Shown: positions 50,030-61,194, counted from the stretch's first letter. The stretch: 64,000 nucleotides of DNA from Bdellovibrionota bacterium FG-1 (GCA_051382295.1 JBBCAW010000005.1:32001-96000), one strand, 5' to 3'. The notes: generated from the letters alone by a model not told the origin. Made by a program: numbers and translations.

Positions 50030-51070
50030 ATGGGCAAGAAAGCTAGCGTGAAATCCTTAACCGAATGGTTCGAAAAGACCCATCGAGTATTGCCGTGGCG
50101 TGACCAACCCACGCTTTATCGCGTGTGGATTTCTGAAATCATGCTCCAACAGACGCAGGTGGTGACCGTGATTCCCTATTTTGAGCGGTTTTTGAACCGA
50201 TTTCCTACCGTGGAAATTTTGGCGCAAGCTTCTGAGCAAGAGGTGCTGCTTTATTGGGCTGGCTTGGGTTACTATTCACGGGCTCGTAATTTACAGCGGG
50301 CGGCCCGTCAAATTGTAAGCCAAGGGGCCTTTCCCCAGACTCGCGACGGTTGGTTGGAGGTGCCAGGCGTGGGACCCTACACAGCAGGGGCGATCCTCTC
50401 CATCGCGTTAGACCAGCCGGAGTCGATCTTAGATGGAAATGTCGAACGCGTGCTGGCGCGGGTAAAGCGCGTCGGGCGACAGGGCGGGGATGCGGTTTAT
50501 AAACAAAATCTATGGAAACTGTCGGGTCAGTGGGTCACCACGGCCTACACCCATGGTTTTCGTCCGAGTGTCATCAATCAAGCGTTGATGGAACTCGGGG
50601 CAACCGTGTGTTTGTCTCGTCAGCCACTTTGCGGTGTTTGCCCGTTGAAAATTCGGTGTGAGGCGCGGGCCTTTGATGAGGTTGCCCTCTATCCTCCTCG
50701 AAAAAAGCCCAAGGATTGGATTGAAGTTCAAGAGAAGGTGCATTGTCTCGTTGACGCGCAAGAGCGGGTACTTTTGCGAAGGCGCAAAAAGGGGGAGTGG
50801 CGCGAGGGGCTTTGGGATTTTTTGGATGAAAAACCACGTGGTAAAATCAAAAAGGTAGGTCAGATCGAAACCCATCATATCGTTACGCGCCACAAAATTA
50901 CTCGAATGACGCAAGTTTGGCAGTGGTGCGCTGCTGAGGTGGACATTCTTGTGGACGAAAGTCAGCGCTGGGTTTCTATTGAAAAGCCTGAGGTACCAGT
51001 GGGCTCTGCGCTGAAGCGTACGATGCAGGGGATTCGAGAACGGTTCGAGTTGGAAATATCGTCTTCATGA
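50030..51070 (+). CDS. mutY: A/G-specific adenine glycosylase
   Basis: SEIMLQQT, GLGYYSRARNL, PGVGPYTA, Fe-S Cys cluster. Confidence 0.95.
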   Translation: MGKKASVKSLTEWFEKTHRVLPWRDQPTLYRVWISEIMLQQTQVVTVIPYFERFLNRFPTVEILAQASEQEVLLYWAGLGYYSRARNLQRAARQIVSQGAFPQTRDGWLEVPGVGPYTAGAILSIALDQPESILDGNVERVLARVKRVGRQGGDAVYKQNLWKLSGQWVTTAYTHGFRPSVINQALMELGATVCLSRQPLCGVCPLKIRCEARAFDEVALYPPRKKPKDWIEVQEKVHCLVDAQERVLLRRRKKGEWREGLWDFLDEKPRGKIKKVGQIETHHIVTRHKITRMTQVWQWCAAEVDILVDESQRWVSIEKPEVPVGSALKRTMQGIRERFELEISSS

Positions 51071-51078
51071 GGAACACC

Positions 51079-53268
51079 ATGAAACTTTCATCGGCAAAAA
51101 CAAAACCTTCCCAGCAGCTTGAATTGAAAATAGAAGGCATGACTTGTGCCGCTTGTGTTTCGAGGGTTGAAAAAGTGCTGAATCGCATCGAAGGCGTTGA
51201 GGCCAATGTTAATCTCGCGACGGAACGGGCGAGCGTTCAGGTGTGGGGGGATGTTTCGACTGAACGGCTGGTGCAGGCAATCGAAAAGACGGGGTACCAT
51301 GCCAGTCCAGTGACCGAGGCGAATCGGGCTGGGAGTGTCCCAAAAAGTCTGCGGGAATTTTTCATTTTTTGGATTTCTTTTGCACTCACTATTCCTTTTT
51401 TCATTCAAATGATCGTGATGACCTTTCAGGGCGGGCACGACGTGGCGTTACCGTTTTGGATTCAGTGTGTACTCGCGACGATCGTTCAGTTTGTTGTGGG
51501 TGCCCGCTTTTATCGGGGCGCCTTTCTTGCCTTGCGTTCGGCAAGCGCCAATATGGATGTATTGGTCGCGCTGGGGACTTCGGCTGCGTATTTTTACAGC
51601 GTGTGGGTCGGGTTTTCCGGACTGCATCAGCCTTTGTACTTCGAAAGCAGTGCCTCAGTGATTACGCTTGTTTTACTCGGTAAACTTCTCGAGGCGAGCG
51701 CCAAGAAGAAAACCGCAGGCGCAATGATGGCGTTATTATCATTGCAACCGAAGAAGGCGCGGGTGGAGGCGGCCTCGGGTGAGATCGTGGAAATTGAAAT
51801 CGCACAAGTGAAGGTCGGCGATATTTTTTGGGTTCGCTCGGGCGAAAATATTCCGGTGGATGGAAAGGTTATTTCAGGGAACGCCTGGGTGAATGAGGCG
51901 CTCCTAACGGGTGAGAGTTTGCCGGTTTCAAAATCAGTGTCTGATGGGGTTTTTGCAGGGACTCAAAATCTCGATGGCCAATTGCGTTGTCAAGCCATCG
52001 AGGTGGGGGCGAAGACCGTTTTGGCAAAAATCGTTCACCTCGTTGAGCGTGCGCAAGGGTCCAAAGCGCCGGTGCAGCGTTTGGCGGATATGATATCGGG
52101 TGTATTTGTGCCGGTGGTGATCAGCCTTGCGGTTTTGAGTTTCGTGCTGAATTGGATTTTATTAGGTGAATTTTCGCTCGCCCTGATTCGCGGGATTGCG
52201 GTGCTGGTGATTGCCTGTCCTTGTGCGCTCGGTTTGGCCACGCCCACCGCCATTCGAGTTGGGACTGGAAACGGCGCGCGACGGGGCATTTTGATTAAGG
52301 ACGCCTCGGCGTTAGAACGCGCGGGTGGAATCAAGGCATTGATCCTGGATAAAACGGGAACGCTGACTCTTGGTAAACCTCAGGTGGTGGGTGTGCGGGC
52401 GTTGGGGGGGCATTCCGAAAGTGAAGTTCTTCGATTCACGATGACGCTTGAACAAGGGGTGAGTCACCCACTTGCGCACGCGATCGTTGAAGCGGGGCGT
52501 GAGAAAACACTTTTGCCGTTTGCGATGGAAAAATTTCAATCCTTTGCGGGACAAGGCGTGATGGCCTGGATTGAAGGGGTGCAATATTGGGTGGGCTCGC
52601 CTACTTTTCTTGCCGCCCAGGGAATGCTATTTGAATCGAGCACTCTTTTAAAGGTGAACGGGACCGAGGCCGCAACACTGGTGGGTGTGGGGTCGGGGCA
52701 TGAGGTTTATGGTTGGATCGCTTTGTCGGATCAGCTTCGTCCAGAGGTACCCAGTGCCGTGCAGCGTCTGCGAGAGTTGGGGGTTCGGTTGATCATGATT
52801 ACGGGGGATCATGAGGCTGCGGCCCGGAAGATTGCGGCAGAGGCCGGAATTGACGAATATTTTGCGCAAGTATTGCCGCAAGATAAAGAAGCTCATGTTC
52901 GCAGGCTTCATGCGGAAGTGGGGCTGGTGGGAATGGCGGGAGACGGTCTAAACGATGCGCCTGCGTTGGCGGCGGCGGATGCGAGCTTTGCGATGGGGGC
53001 GGGAGCGGATGTAGCTCTGGAAGCCGCGGATGTGGTTTTGATGCGCAGTGATTTGCACGGAGTGGTGGACGCGATTGAACTTTCGCGTGCGACGACGCGA
53101 AAAATCTGGCAAAATCTATTTTTCGCGCTTATTTACAACGTTTTAGGAATCCCCTTGGCTGCGCTGGGGCATTTGAGTCCGGTGGTGGCGGGCGCGGCCA
53201 TGGCGATGAGTTCGGTGTCGGTGGTTTCTAATTCTCTTTTGTTGGGGCGGTGGAAACGGAAAATATGA
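51079..53268 (+). CDS. copA: Cu(I)-type P1B ATPase
   Basis: GMTCAAC, CPC, DKTGT, YN, MAMSS. Confidence 0.93.
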   Translation: MKLSSAKTKPSQQLELKIEGMTCAACVSRVEKVLNRIEGVEANVNLATERASVQVWGDVSTERLVQAIEKTGYHASPVTEANRAGSVPKSLREFFIFWISFALTIPFFIQMIVMTFQGGHDVALPFWIQCVLATIVQFVVGARFYRGAFLALRSASANMDVLVALGTSAAYFYSVWVGFSGLHQPLYFESSASVITLVLLGKLLEASAKKKTAGAMMALLSLQPKKARVEAASGEIVEIEIAQVKVGDIFWVRSGENIPVDGKVISGNAWVNEALLTGESLPVSKSVSDGVFAGTQNLDGQLRCQAIEVGAKTVLAKIVHLVERAQGSKAPVQRLADMISGVFVPVVISLAVLSFVLNWILLGEFSLALIRGIAVLVIACPCALGLATPTAIRVGTGNGARRGILIKDASALERAGGIKALILDKTGTLTLGKPQVVGVRALGGHSESEVLRFTMTLEQGVSHPLAHAIVEAGREKTLLPFAMEKFQSFAGQGVMAWIEGVQYWVGSPTFLAAQGMLFESSTLLKVNGTEAATLVGVGSGHEVYGWIALSDQLRPEVPSAVQRLRELGVRLIMITGDHEAAARKIAAEAGIDEYFAQVLPQDKEAHVRRLHAEVGLVGMAGDGLNDAPALAAADASFAMGAGADVALEAADVVLMRSDLHGVVDAIELSRATTRKIWQNLFFALIYNVLGIPLAALGHLSPVVAGAAMAMSSVSVVSNSLLLGRWKRKI

Positions 53269-53486
53269 AAAAAACAGAGTTCAAAGTAGACGGAATGACT
53301 TGCATAGGATGCGTAAAGAATGTCGAGAAGGTTCTGCGTGCCATTCCGGGCGTGGACAAAGTGAGTGTGATTTTGGAACAGGGACAGGTCACGGTGGAGT
53401 TTGATCCCGCGCGAGTGCAAGAGCAGGGGTTAAAGCAGGCGATTGAAGACGCGGGGTATGATATGTTACCGAGTGGGCGTGGGTAA
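53265..53486 (+). CDS. copZ: Copper chaperone (HMA domain)
   Basis: GMTCIGC, IEDAGY. Confidence 0.88.
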   Translation: MKKTEFKVDGMTCIGCVKNVEKVLRAIPGVDKVSVILEQGQVTVEFDPARVQEQGLKQAIEDAGYDMLPSGRG

Positions 53487-54959
53487 CCAACTCTGCTTTT
53501 TCCCCAGCGGCGAACAAGACATCGCCACGGCAGGACTTGTGGTTGAGCACCCGAGCGCGCGCCGTAAATCCGAATTGCGTAAAAAATTGCGGTTAAATCG
53601 GACAGTTGTGTCCTGGTGTGAATCCCCCCATTTTGGAGGAAGGGTCATCTTCGGATTGGCTGGAAGGTCCTCACATGAAGGTTCTTGTGAGGCTTCTTCA
53701 TATATGTCGAGAGGTGTTTCAGTCGGTGAAGGCGTCGAGAAGGGTTGCGCCGAGTCGTCGATACACCAAGAGGTTGCGATTCTCTGAAAGACTTTTCGTT
53801 TTGCTCCTAGGTCCAAATTGGCTTGGGATTCAAAATATTGAGCCAATGCGGTTCCTGCCCAAAAGTCGGCTTCGGCTTCCTCCCATTGTGAAGGATAGGG
53901 GGATAGCGCACCTACAGAGCATCTTTTTTGAAGCAAGTCATCCAATCGCGTTTGCTCTCTTGGACACGCGTTCGGAATGGCATCGTGAGGGGCGGAAAGG
54001 ATTTCTAAGCAGGCCGTCGATTGAATGAGTAAACGGGTCATGTCGTCGTCGTGTTTTTCGGTTTTTTTGAGAAATTGCGCACGAAAAGCCTGAAAACGGT
54101 CGGTAAAATCCTCAGATGCCTCTTTTTTATAAGCTTGGGCGCTTTTTTGATTTTTTAAAAACAAACAAGAATTCAGGGAGTGCGCGAATTCATGGAAAAG
54201 ATAAAAATAGCAAACCTCCGTTCCTTCTGCGCATTCGCGCCAAGTCATGGGATTCAGGTAGAGTTTACAAGTTGCACCGGTGCTGCCGACAGGAAGCTTG
54301 TCGTCTTCTGCTTCGAGTAACTGCGCTTCTCCCAGGGGATTATTCCACTCCCTAAAACTTTTATTCCAGCCGTTGTGGCGTTCGGGGCCCTGGTTCCAGA
54401 GCCCGGGATTTTTCGCGCATCCCTCCAGATATTGACCCAAAACGGCGAGTTCTTTGGGGTGGAGGTATTTGCGCTTTCCGATAGCCGTCATGAACAGCTC
54501 TTTAGCTTTTTTCAGGGTTTGGAGCACCTTGCTTTTTTGGGGCTTTTCGATTTCAGCGAGCATCAGTAATCTGTGGTGGGTTTTCCATTTTTCTTGTTCT
54601 TCTTCGTTGAGTTTTTTTGACGTTGGAGATTTTTGGTGGGCAGTTTCAACATGGGTGATGAATTGTTCGACTTGTTGATCGACCGCTTGGGCGAACTTGG
54701 TCAGTTCTTTCTGCCGACGAACGACTTCGGGCGGAATGTTCTCGCAGAGTTTTTCATACGGATCGGGTTCGCAAAGTTCGGCTAAAGGCACGGGAGGCGG
54801 AGCGGGGACTGCGGGGCAAACTCGGGGAGCGGTCACTTGAAAAGTCTGGATCACGCCTAGCGGAGTAAGATCAATCATCCCACTCAAGTCATCGGCGTGC
54901 GCGGTGGCCGCGAGGACCAAAAGACTGAGCAAGAGGAAGGGGGCGGACCGCAATAGCAT
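53466..54959 (-). CDS. Secreted zinc metallopeptidase-like protein
   Basis: AHA signal peptide, HEFAH, EAEAD, many Cys. Confidence 0.65.
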   Translation of the reverse strand: MLLRSAPFLLLSLLVLAATAHADDLSGMIDLTPLGVIQTFQVTAPRVCPAVPAPPPVPLAELCEPDPYEKLCENIPPEVVRRQKELTKFAQAVDQQVEQFITHVETAHQKSPTSKKLNEEEQEKWKTHHRLLMLAEIEKPQKSKVLQTLKKAKELFMTAIGKRKYLHPKELAVLGQYLEGCAKNPGLWNQGPERHNGWNKSFREWNNPLGEAQLLEAEDDKLPVGSTGATCKLYLNPMTWRECAEGTEVCYFYLFHEFAHSLNSCLFLKNQKSAQAYKKEASEDFTDRFQAFRAQFLKKTEKHDDDMTRLLIQSTACLEILSAPHDAIPNACPREQTRLDDLLQKRCSVGALSPYPSQWEEAEADFWAGTALAQYFESQANLDLGAKRKVFQRIATSWCIDDSAQPFSTPSPTETPLDIYEEASQEPSCEDLPANPKMTLPPKWGDSHQDTTVRFNRNFLRNSDLRRALGCSTTSPAVAMSCSPLGKKQSWLPTPTR

Positions 54960-55016
54960 CTACAAAATTGTAGTGCAGATTGCTGGGCGCTGAAAGCTGA
55001 AAGCTGAGTGCCCGTC

Positions 55017-57653
55017 TCAGGCCTGCTCGGCCATCTCCTGTAATTTAACGACAAAATGGAGAGCTTGGAGAGGCGTCATCTCGTTGACGTTCATTTTACC
55101 GAGTTCAAGCAAAGCCGGATGAGGTCCGGGGACGACGGGCTGTGCTTCTTCGGGTTCGGGCAATCGGTCAAAGAGCGAGAGCTGATTGGAGGGCCCAGTG
55201 TTTCCAACGCCATGCAGGGCCTGTTGTTCGAGCTCCTCCAGAACCTTCCACGCGCGTTCCACGACGGGCTTGGGTAGCCCCGCAATTCTTGCTACATGAA
55301 TCCCAAAGCTTTCTTGGGCAGGTCCCTCTCGCAGTAAATAGAGAAATCGCAACGCACCGGTGTTTTTTCCCGCCCGTGTTCCTTCCACACCCATGTGAGC
55401 ATTGGCTACTCGGGGGAGTTCTGAGGCGAGGCGGGTGAGTTCGTGATAATGAGTCGCAAAGAGCGTGCGGCACTGAATTTTACCGCAGATCCATTCGAGC
55501 GTCGACCAAGCCACGCTGATGCCGTCATAGGTGCTCGTGCCACGTCCGATTTCGTCGAGGATGATTAACGAGCGTGGGTCCGCATAATGAAGAATATGCG
55601 CGAGCTCACTCATCTCCACCATAAACGTGCTTTGGCCGCGGGCAATCGCGTCGTGCGCGCCAATTCGGGTGTAGAGGCGTGAAACCGCACCCCAGCGCGA
55701 AGGGGCGGCCGGAATCGGCGCACCCATCTGGCCTAGGATCACAATCAGCGCTGTTTGGCGCATGACTGTCGATTTACCCCCCATATTGGGGCCAGTGATC
55801 ATGAGAGTCAGTCGAGTTTGAGGCGAAAGTTCGAGGTCATTGGGCACGAAATGGCCGCGGCTGGCTTGATCCACCAGCGGGTGTCGACCCTGGTAAATTT
55901 CGAGCGTGAGCGAGTCATCAATCTGCGGAAAACTCCAACCCGGCTCTTGCGCGGTTTTGGCGAGTGAAACGAAGGCGTCGGCTTCACCCAAAAGGCGCGC
56001 GGCCTCCATGATCTGAGCCGTTTGCCCACGAATTGCCGTCAAAAGATCTTCAAAGAGCTCTTGTTCTAAAGCCCGTTGTTTCGCGCTGGCATTGACTATC
56101 TCGTCTTCGAATTTTTTGAGTTCTTCCGTAAAGAACCGTTCCGCGCCGACAGTCGTTTGTTTTCGTTGGTAGTGCGCCGGCGCGTTTTTAAGATGAGCTT
56201 GGGTGATTTCAATATAATAGCCAAAAACGCGATTGTAGCGAACTTTGAGCGAAGGGATTCCGGTGGCTTCGCGCTCGCGGGTTTCGAGTTCGATCAGCCA
56301 TTTCTGCCCATCCGAGGTCAGCGAAAGCAACCGATCGAGGTCAGGATGGGTTCCGATATTGAAGATTCCTCCTTCACGGACGACGAGCGGTGCTTCTTCC
56401 TTTTGGGAGGTGGTAATGCGGATCGCGAGAGGCGAGAGCGCCGCAGACAGTCGGCCGAGGTGCTCGTGGATGGCCTTGAGCAGGTCTGTTTGAGCCTCGC
56501 GGGTGCGGTGAGCGAGTTCCGCGAGGAGTTGGAGTGAACGCCCAAGCGCAAGGGTGTCGCGAGGGTTCGCCAGGCGCGCGGTGACACGCCCTAAGATGCG
56601 TTCGAGATCGTAGACTTCGCTAAAGGTATGCGAAAGCCGATCGCAATCGCTGCGCTCGGAGAGTTCGCGAATCGTCTCTTGTCGAGAAAAAATTTCTTTA
56701 GGGTCGCAAAGAGGCTCGAGCATCCAGCGTTTGAGCTGTCGCGCCCCAAGTGCGCTCCGAGTTCGGTTGAGCAGCGAAAAAAGGCTTGTGCCTGTTTCGG
56801 CGCTCGGAAGCAAGTCCAGGTGTTGAGCCGTACGTGGACCCAAAACCAGCGTACTGGGGCGATGCAGTGGCGCTGGCAGACGGAGGTGGGCCATTCGTTC
56901 TTGTTTTTGGGTGCGTAGCGCGTAGGTCACCAAAATTCCCAGGGCCAGAATTCCGGCGGGGGAGCTAATGAAGGTGTCCAGCGAGGCGATTTCGTACTGG
57001 CGCTCCAGAAGCTCAGCCGCCTGAGTGAACGCGAGGTAGTTCGAGGGGAGTGTTTCTACCAGGATGGAAGGGGGGAGAGCACCCAGGTCGTCGGGGGCTC
57101 CTTCAAATTTCAGCAGCTGTCGAATCGGGAGCGTCGTGATCTCTCCAAGGAGGCATTCAGCCGCCAACGGTTCGCTCACGAGGGTTTCGCCTGTCGAAGC
57201 GTCCATGCAAGCCAGGACGAAGAGTTCCGAGGAAGGTACTGCTACCGCAATGTAGTTGGCCTCGGCACCATCGACGTCAAATTGCACTCCTGGTGTAAAT
57301 ATTCGCACCACCTCGCGGCGGACGATGGCTTTGCCGGTGACTTTTGAGGGGTCTTCCATTTGTTCGCCGATGGCGACTTTTTTTCCAGCCTTGAGCAGTC
57401 GCTGGATGTAGCCTTGGACGCTATGGTGAGGGACTCCCGCCATCGGAGTTGGGTTGGGTTTATTGCGATCCCGGGAGGTAAGTGTGATTTCTAAAAGGCG
57501 GGACGCCTCGACGGCGTCTTCGCCAAAAAGTTCATAAAAATCTCCCATGCGAAAAAGCAACAACGCATCTCCGACTTGAGACTTGAGGTCGTAATACTGT
57601 TTCATTAGCGGCGTGGAGTCGTCTGGGATTGCTGGGGGGGTAACCGTACTCAT
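55017..57653 (-). CDS. mutS: DNA mismatch repair protein
   Basis: FRMGDFYELF, GPNMGGKST, DEIGRGTST. Confidence 0.98.
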   Translation of the reverse strand: MSTVTPPAIPDDSTPLMKQYYDLKSQVGDALLLFRMGDFYELFGEDAVEASRLLEITLTSRDRNKPNPTPMAGVPHHSVQGYIQRLLKAGKKVAIGEQMEDPSKVTGKAIVRREVVRIFTPGVQFDVDGAEANYIAVAVPSSELFVLACMDASTGETLVSEPLAAECLLGEITTLPIRQLLKFEGAPDDLGALPPSILVETLPSNYLAFTQAAELLERQYEIASLDTFISSPAGILALGILVTYALRTQKQERMAHLRLPAPLHRPSTLVLGPRTAQHLDLLPSAETGTSLFSLLNRTRSALGARQLKRWMLEPLCDPKEIFSRQETIRELSERSDCDRLSHTFSEVYDLERILGRVTARLANPRDTLALGRSLQLLAELAHRTREAQTDLLKAIHEHLGRLSAALSPLAIRITTSQKEEAPLVVREGGIFNIGTHPDLDRLLSLTSDGQKWLIELETREREATGIPSLKVRYNRVFGYYIEITQAHLKNAPAHYQRKQTTVGAERFFTEELKKFEDEIVNASAKQRALEQELFEDLLTAIRGQTAQIMEAARLLGEADAFVSLAKTAQEPGWSFPQIDDSLTLEIYQGRHPLVDQASRGHFVPNDLELSPQTRLTLMITGPNMGGKSTVMRQTALIVILGQMGAPIPAAPSRWGAVSRLYTRIGAHDAIARGQSTFMVEMSELAHILHYADPRSLIILDEIGRGTSTYDGISVAWSTLEWICGKIQCRTLFATHYHELTRLASELPRVANAHMGVEGTRAGKNTGALRFLYLLREGPAQESFGIHVARIAGLPKPVVERAWKVLEELEQQALHGVGNTGPSNQLSLFDRLPEPEEAQPVVPGPHPALLELGKMNVNEMTPLQALHFVVKLQEMAEQA

Positions 57654-57774
57654 TGTCGAATCGAATTAGCAGGCCCGGTTCAGGATCTCAAGAGCTGGGG
57701 TAAAGTTCTTGTGTGACAATATGCGTTAACTATAGCCTAAGGCAGAAACATCGACCTATTTTTTGGAGGCAGCT

Positions 57775-59217
57775 ATGGAATCAGGCCCATTATCCCAGTC
57801 ACACCTCGACCTTCCCAGTCGGCGTGGGATCTTTTGTAACCGCACGCTGAACCTGAGATCCATCAAGGCCATCGGGTACGATATGGACTACACCCTGATT
57901 CACTACAAGGTGAAGGAATGGGAAAGGCGCGCTTACGAGTATTTAAGGCAGTATTTTGTGGGCAAGGGGTGGCCGGTCGCGCATTTTCAGTTTGATTCGG
58001 AGATGACTTGTCGAGGCCTGATTGTGGATAAGGATTTGGGAAATTTGGTCAAGTCCAATCGGTTTGGTTTCGTGAAGCATGCCTTTCATGGCACGCAGGA
58101 ACTGGATTTTGAGGCGCAGCGCAAGGCGTATTCGCGGACGATTATTGATCTTCACGAGCCGCGTTGGGTATTTGTCAATACGCTGTTTTCGATCTCAGAG
58201 GGCTGTTTTTTTTCACAAGCCGTGGAACTTTTGGATCGGCATGCGCTTCCGGGGGTGATGAGTTACTCGGATCTTTACAAGCGAGTGCGTGCCGGCTTGG
58301 ACTTTCTGCATATGGAAGGGAAATTGAAGGCCGATATTCTGGCCGATCCCGAGCGATTTATCGATGTCGATCCGGACATGCCCTTGGCGTTATTAGATCA
58401 AAAAAATGCCGGGAAAAAGCTTTTACTGATCACGAATTCCGAATGGTCTTATACCGTTCCCGTGATGGATTACGCGATTAATCAGTTTTTGCCAGAGGGG
58501 ATGACCTGGCGGGATCTTTTTGAAGTCATGATTCTTAGTTCGCGCAAACCCGATTTTTTCAGTCGTGAAAACCCGCTTTTTGAAGTGGTCAATGAAGAGG
58601 GCCTTCTTAAGCCCTCGCCTGGAATCCTTAAACCGGGCACGGTTTATTTCGGGGGAAGCGCTCGGCAAGTCGAAACGAGTCTCGGCCTTTCCGGGGATGA
58701 AATTCTTTATGTGGGTGATCACATGTTTGGGGATGTGTGGGCGAGCAAGAGTGTCCTGAGATGGCGGACGGCGCTCGTACTGCGGGAGTTGGAAGACGAA
58801 ATTGGCAATGCGATCGAATTTAGGGATCACGAGATTCAGCTTTCGAAATGGATGGCCGAAAAAGAACAAATTGAATCGGAGCAATGTCAGTTACGTCTGA
58901 AGCTTCAGCGCAAACGGGTGAAGTATGGCCCGCAGCCGGATGAATCAGATGAGGAACTTCAGGTTCACGTGAATCAGTTGAGGGCTCGTGTCGAGCTGCT
59001 GGATGAAAAAATCGGACCACTGGCTCGCGCCGCCACGGCCTTAGCTAATCCGACTTGGGGGACGCTGATGCGCGCCGGCAATGACAAAAGCCATTTGGCT
59101 TTTCAGATTGAGCGCTATGCGGATATCTATACTTCGCGCGTGTCTAATTTTTTAGCGGCGACACCGTTTGTTTATTTGCGTTCGAGGAGGGGCGTATTGC
59201 CGCATGAGCCCAGATAA
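57775..59217 (+). CDS. HAD-IG family 5'-nucleotidase
   Basis: GYDMDYTL, LITNS, YVGDH..GD, RYAD.YTS. Confidence 0.92.
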   Translation: MESGPLSQSHLDLPSRRGIFCNRTLNLRSIKAIGYDMDYTLIHYKVKEWERRAYEYLRQYFVGKGWPVAHFQFDSEMTCRGLIVDKDLGNLVKSNRFGFVKHAFHGTQELDFEAQRKAYSRTIIDLHEPRWVFVNTLFSISEGCFFSQAVELLDRHALPGVMSYSDLYKRVRAGLDFLHMEGKLKADILADPERFIDVDPDMPLALLDQKNAGKKLLLITNSEWSYTVPVMDYAINQFLPEGMTWRDLFEVMILSSRKPDFFSRENPLFEVVNEEGLLKPSPGILKPGTVYFGGSARQVETSLGLSGDEILYVGDHMFGDVWASKSVLRWRTALVLRELEDEIGNAIEFRDHEIQLSKWMAEKEQIESEQCQLRLKLQRKRVKYGPQPDESDEELQVHVNQLRARVELLDEKIGPLARAATALANPTWGTLMRAGNDKSHLAFQIERYADIYTSRVSNFLAATPFVYLRSRRGVLPHEPR

Positions 59218-59228
59218 GGCATCCATCC

Positions 59229-59642
59229 TTATTGAATCCGGCACTCCATCATCACGCATTCGGTTTGCTTGAGGGGGCTCTCTGAATTGAAGTAGCTGAG
59301 GAGTCCGTGAATGGAGCGAGCTTTATGGGCATTGATTTGCCCAAGATCGTCGCTCAAAAAGGTGAAGCAGTATTTATTGTCGGTCGCGTTGCTGGCGCAA
59401 AACCGGGTCGTCACCGCGTCTTGTTCGATTCCTCCTTGAAGGGTGGCATCGAGGTCGGTCTTAGGGGAGGGCGAGCCCAAATCAGTGAGGGCAAACGCCG
59501 AGGCGGGTCCTTTTCCATCGCTCGTGCAACGAAGGCGAGGGGCGGTGGGTGAGGTACTTCCCCAACCTCGAGGGAGGAAGGTGAGGCAAGAAAAAGAAAT
59601 AACTCCTATCAAAAATAGGATGAGTCGCGAGCGGCCGAGCAT
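59229..59642 (-). CDS. Hypothetical exported protein
   Basis: Hydrophobic N-terminus, Cys residues, GGAG RBS. Confidence 0.6.
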   Translation of the reverse strand: MLGRSRLILFLIGVISFSCLTFLPRGWGSTSPTAPRLRCTSDGKGPASAFALTDLGSPSPKTDLDATLQGGIEQDAVTTRFCASNATDNKYCFTFLSDDLGQINAHKARSIHGLLSYFNSESPLKQTECVMMECRIQ

Positions 59643-59709
59643 AAGTCAAAGTCTCCACCTTGCCCCATACCGCCCCTGGCCTAAAGCGTCAAGGTTTCGT
59701 CGTCAGCTT

Positions 59710-61194
59710 TTATCGGCCGCCTGAGGAACGACCGCCTGAAATCCCCATACGGTGAACCTTGATCACATTAGTTGTGCCGCGCTGCAGCGAAGGGACTCCG
59801 GCTGTGACGACCACTAGGTCATCATCTTCAGCCCAACCGTGATTCCGCAGGACGTTCTCTACCATCGAAAAAAGATCATCGGTAGCGACAATTTTTGGAA
59901 TCAAAACGCCGCTCACCCCCCAAACAAAGGCGAGGCGTCTGATCATGGCCTCGTTATCCATGATTGCCACAATGGGTGGCTCGGGACGGTATTTGGCTAA
60001 AGTTCGGGCGGCCATACCGGAGTGGGTGAGGCAGGCAATGACAGTAGCTCCGACCTGATGGGCAATCGTTGAGGCACTGGCTTCGATCGCGTCCACCACG
60101 GAACCAGGCATAGGATGAACGTCGCGATGGCGAGAATATTGATCTCGAGCGCGTTCCGCTTCCAAGATAATTCGACCCATCGTGCGCACCGCTTCGCGGG
60201 GAAACTGTCCCGAGGCGCTTTCAGCCGACAACATCACGGCGTCTGTTCCGTCATAGACGGCATTGGCCACATCGCTCGCTTCCGCACGCGTGGGAGTGGG
60301 GCATGAAATCATCGATTCGAGCATTTGGGTTGCCGTAATGACAGGAACCCCTAATGCATTGCAGCCATGAATGAGTTGTTTTTGAACTGTGGGAACGCGT
60401 TCCGCACCAATTTCAACTGCCATATCACCGCGCGCCACTAAAAGGCCGTCAGTGACTTCGATGATGGATTCCTGAAACTCGATGGCTTCTTCCCGTTCGA
60501 TTTTTGCGACCAAAATAGGAGGGAAATTACTCAGTTTACGCACGCGGTCGCGAACACTCGTAATGTCCTGAGCTGAACGCACAAAGGAGAGGGCCACCGC
60601 ATCCACACCTTCAGAGAGTCCAAAGCGCAGGTCTTCTAGATCTTTTTCGGTCACACAAGGAATCGAAAGGGGCGTTCCTGGAAGGTTCATTCCTTTATGG
60701 TCACTGAGGTGACCTCCGACTTCGACTTCAACGACAATTTCCGGAGGTGAAACTTGGATTGCCCGTGTGGCTATTTTTCCATCGTCAAACAGGATTCGTG
60801 CGCCCTTTTTTGTATCACTCGAAACGGCTTGGGCGATTTCAGCGGAAATCGGAACCGCAATTTTGCCGTGAGTGGAGCCCTTGATGGTCGCTCCTTCGGG
60901 GTAAAGTAAAAGAGTGTCTCCCGGCTTTACGTCAAGCCCATTCGGCCCAAGCTTCCCCAAGCGAATCTTGGGTCCTTGCAGGTCCTGCATAATCGCGATT
61001 GGCCTTTGCGCGCGACGGGAGGCTTCTCGAATCGTTTGGATCATGACTCGGTGAAATTCGTGGGTCCCATGACTGAAATTGAGCCGGGCGATATCCATGC
61101 CGTCTTCGATCAGGGCGGAAATTTGTTCAAGGGTCTTAGAAGAAGGACCCAGCGTACAAACGATTTTAACTCTTCTTGGATGGGTTGATGACAT
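59710..61194 (-). CDS. pyk: Pyruvate kinase
   Basis: RLNFSHG, AKIE, VARGD, TRAE. Confidence 0.97.
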   Translation of the reverse strand: MSSTHPRRVKIVCTLGPSSKTLEQISALIEDGMDIARLNFSHGTHEFHRVMIQTIREASRRAQRPIAIMQDLQGPKIRLGKLGPNGLDVKPGDTLLLYPEGATIKGSTHGKIAVPISAEIAQAVSSDTKKGARILFDDGKIATRAIQVSPPEIVVEVEVGGHLSDHKGMNLPGTPLSIPCVTEKDLEDLRFGLSEGVDAVALSFVRSAQDITSVRDRVRKLSNFPPILVAKIEREEAIEFQESIIEVTDGLLVARGDMAVEIGAERVPTVQKQLIHGCNALGVPVITATQMLESMISCPTPTRAEASDVANAVYDGTDAVMLSAESASGQFPREAVRTMGRIILEAERARDQYSRHRDVHPMPGSVVDAIEASASTIAHQVGATVIACLTHSGMAARTLAKYRPEPPIVAIMDNEAMIRRLAFVWGVSGVLIPKIVATDDLFSMVENVLRNHGWAEDDDLVVVTAGVPSLQRGTTNVIKVHRMGISGGRSSGGR

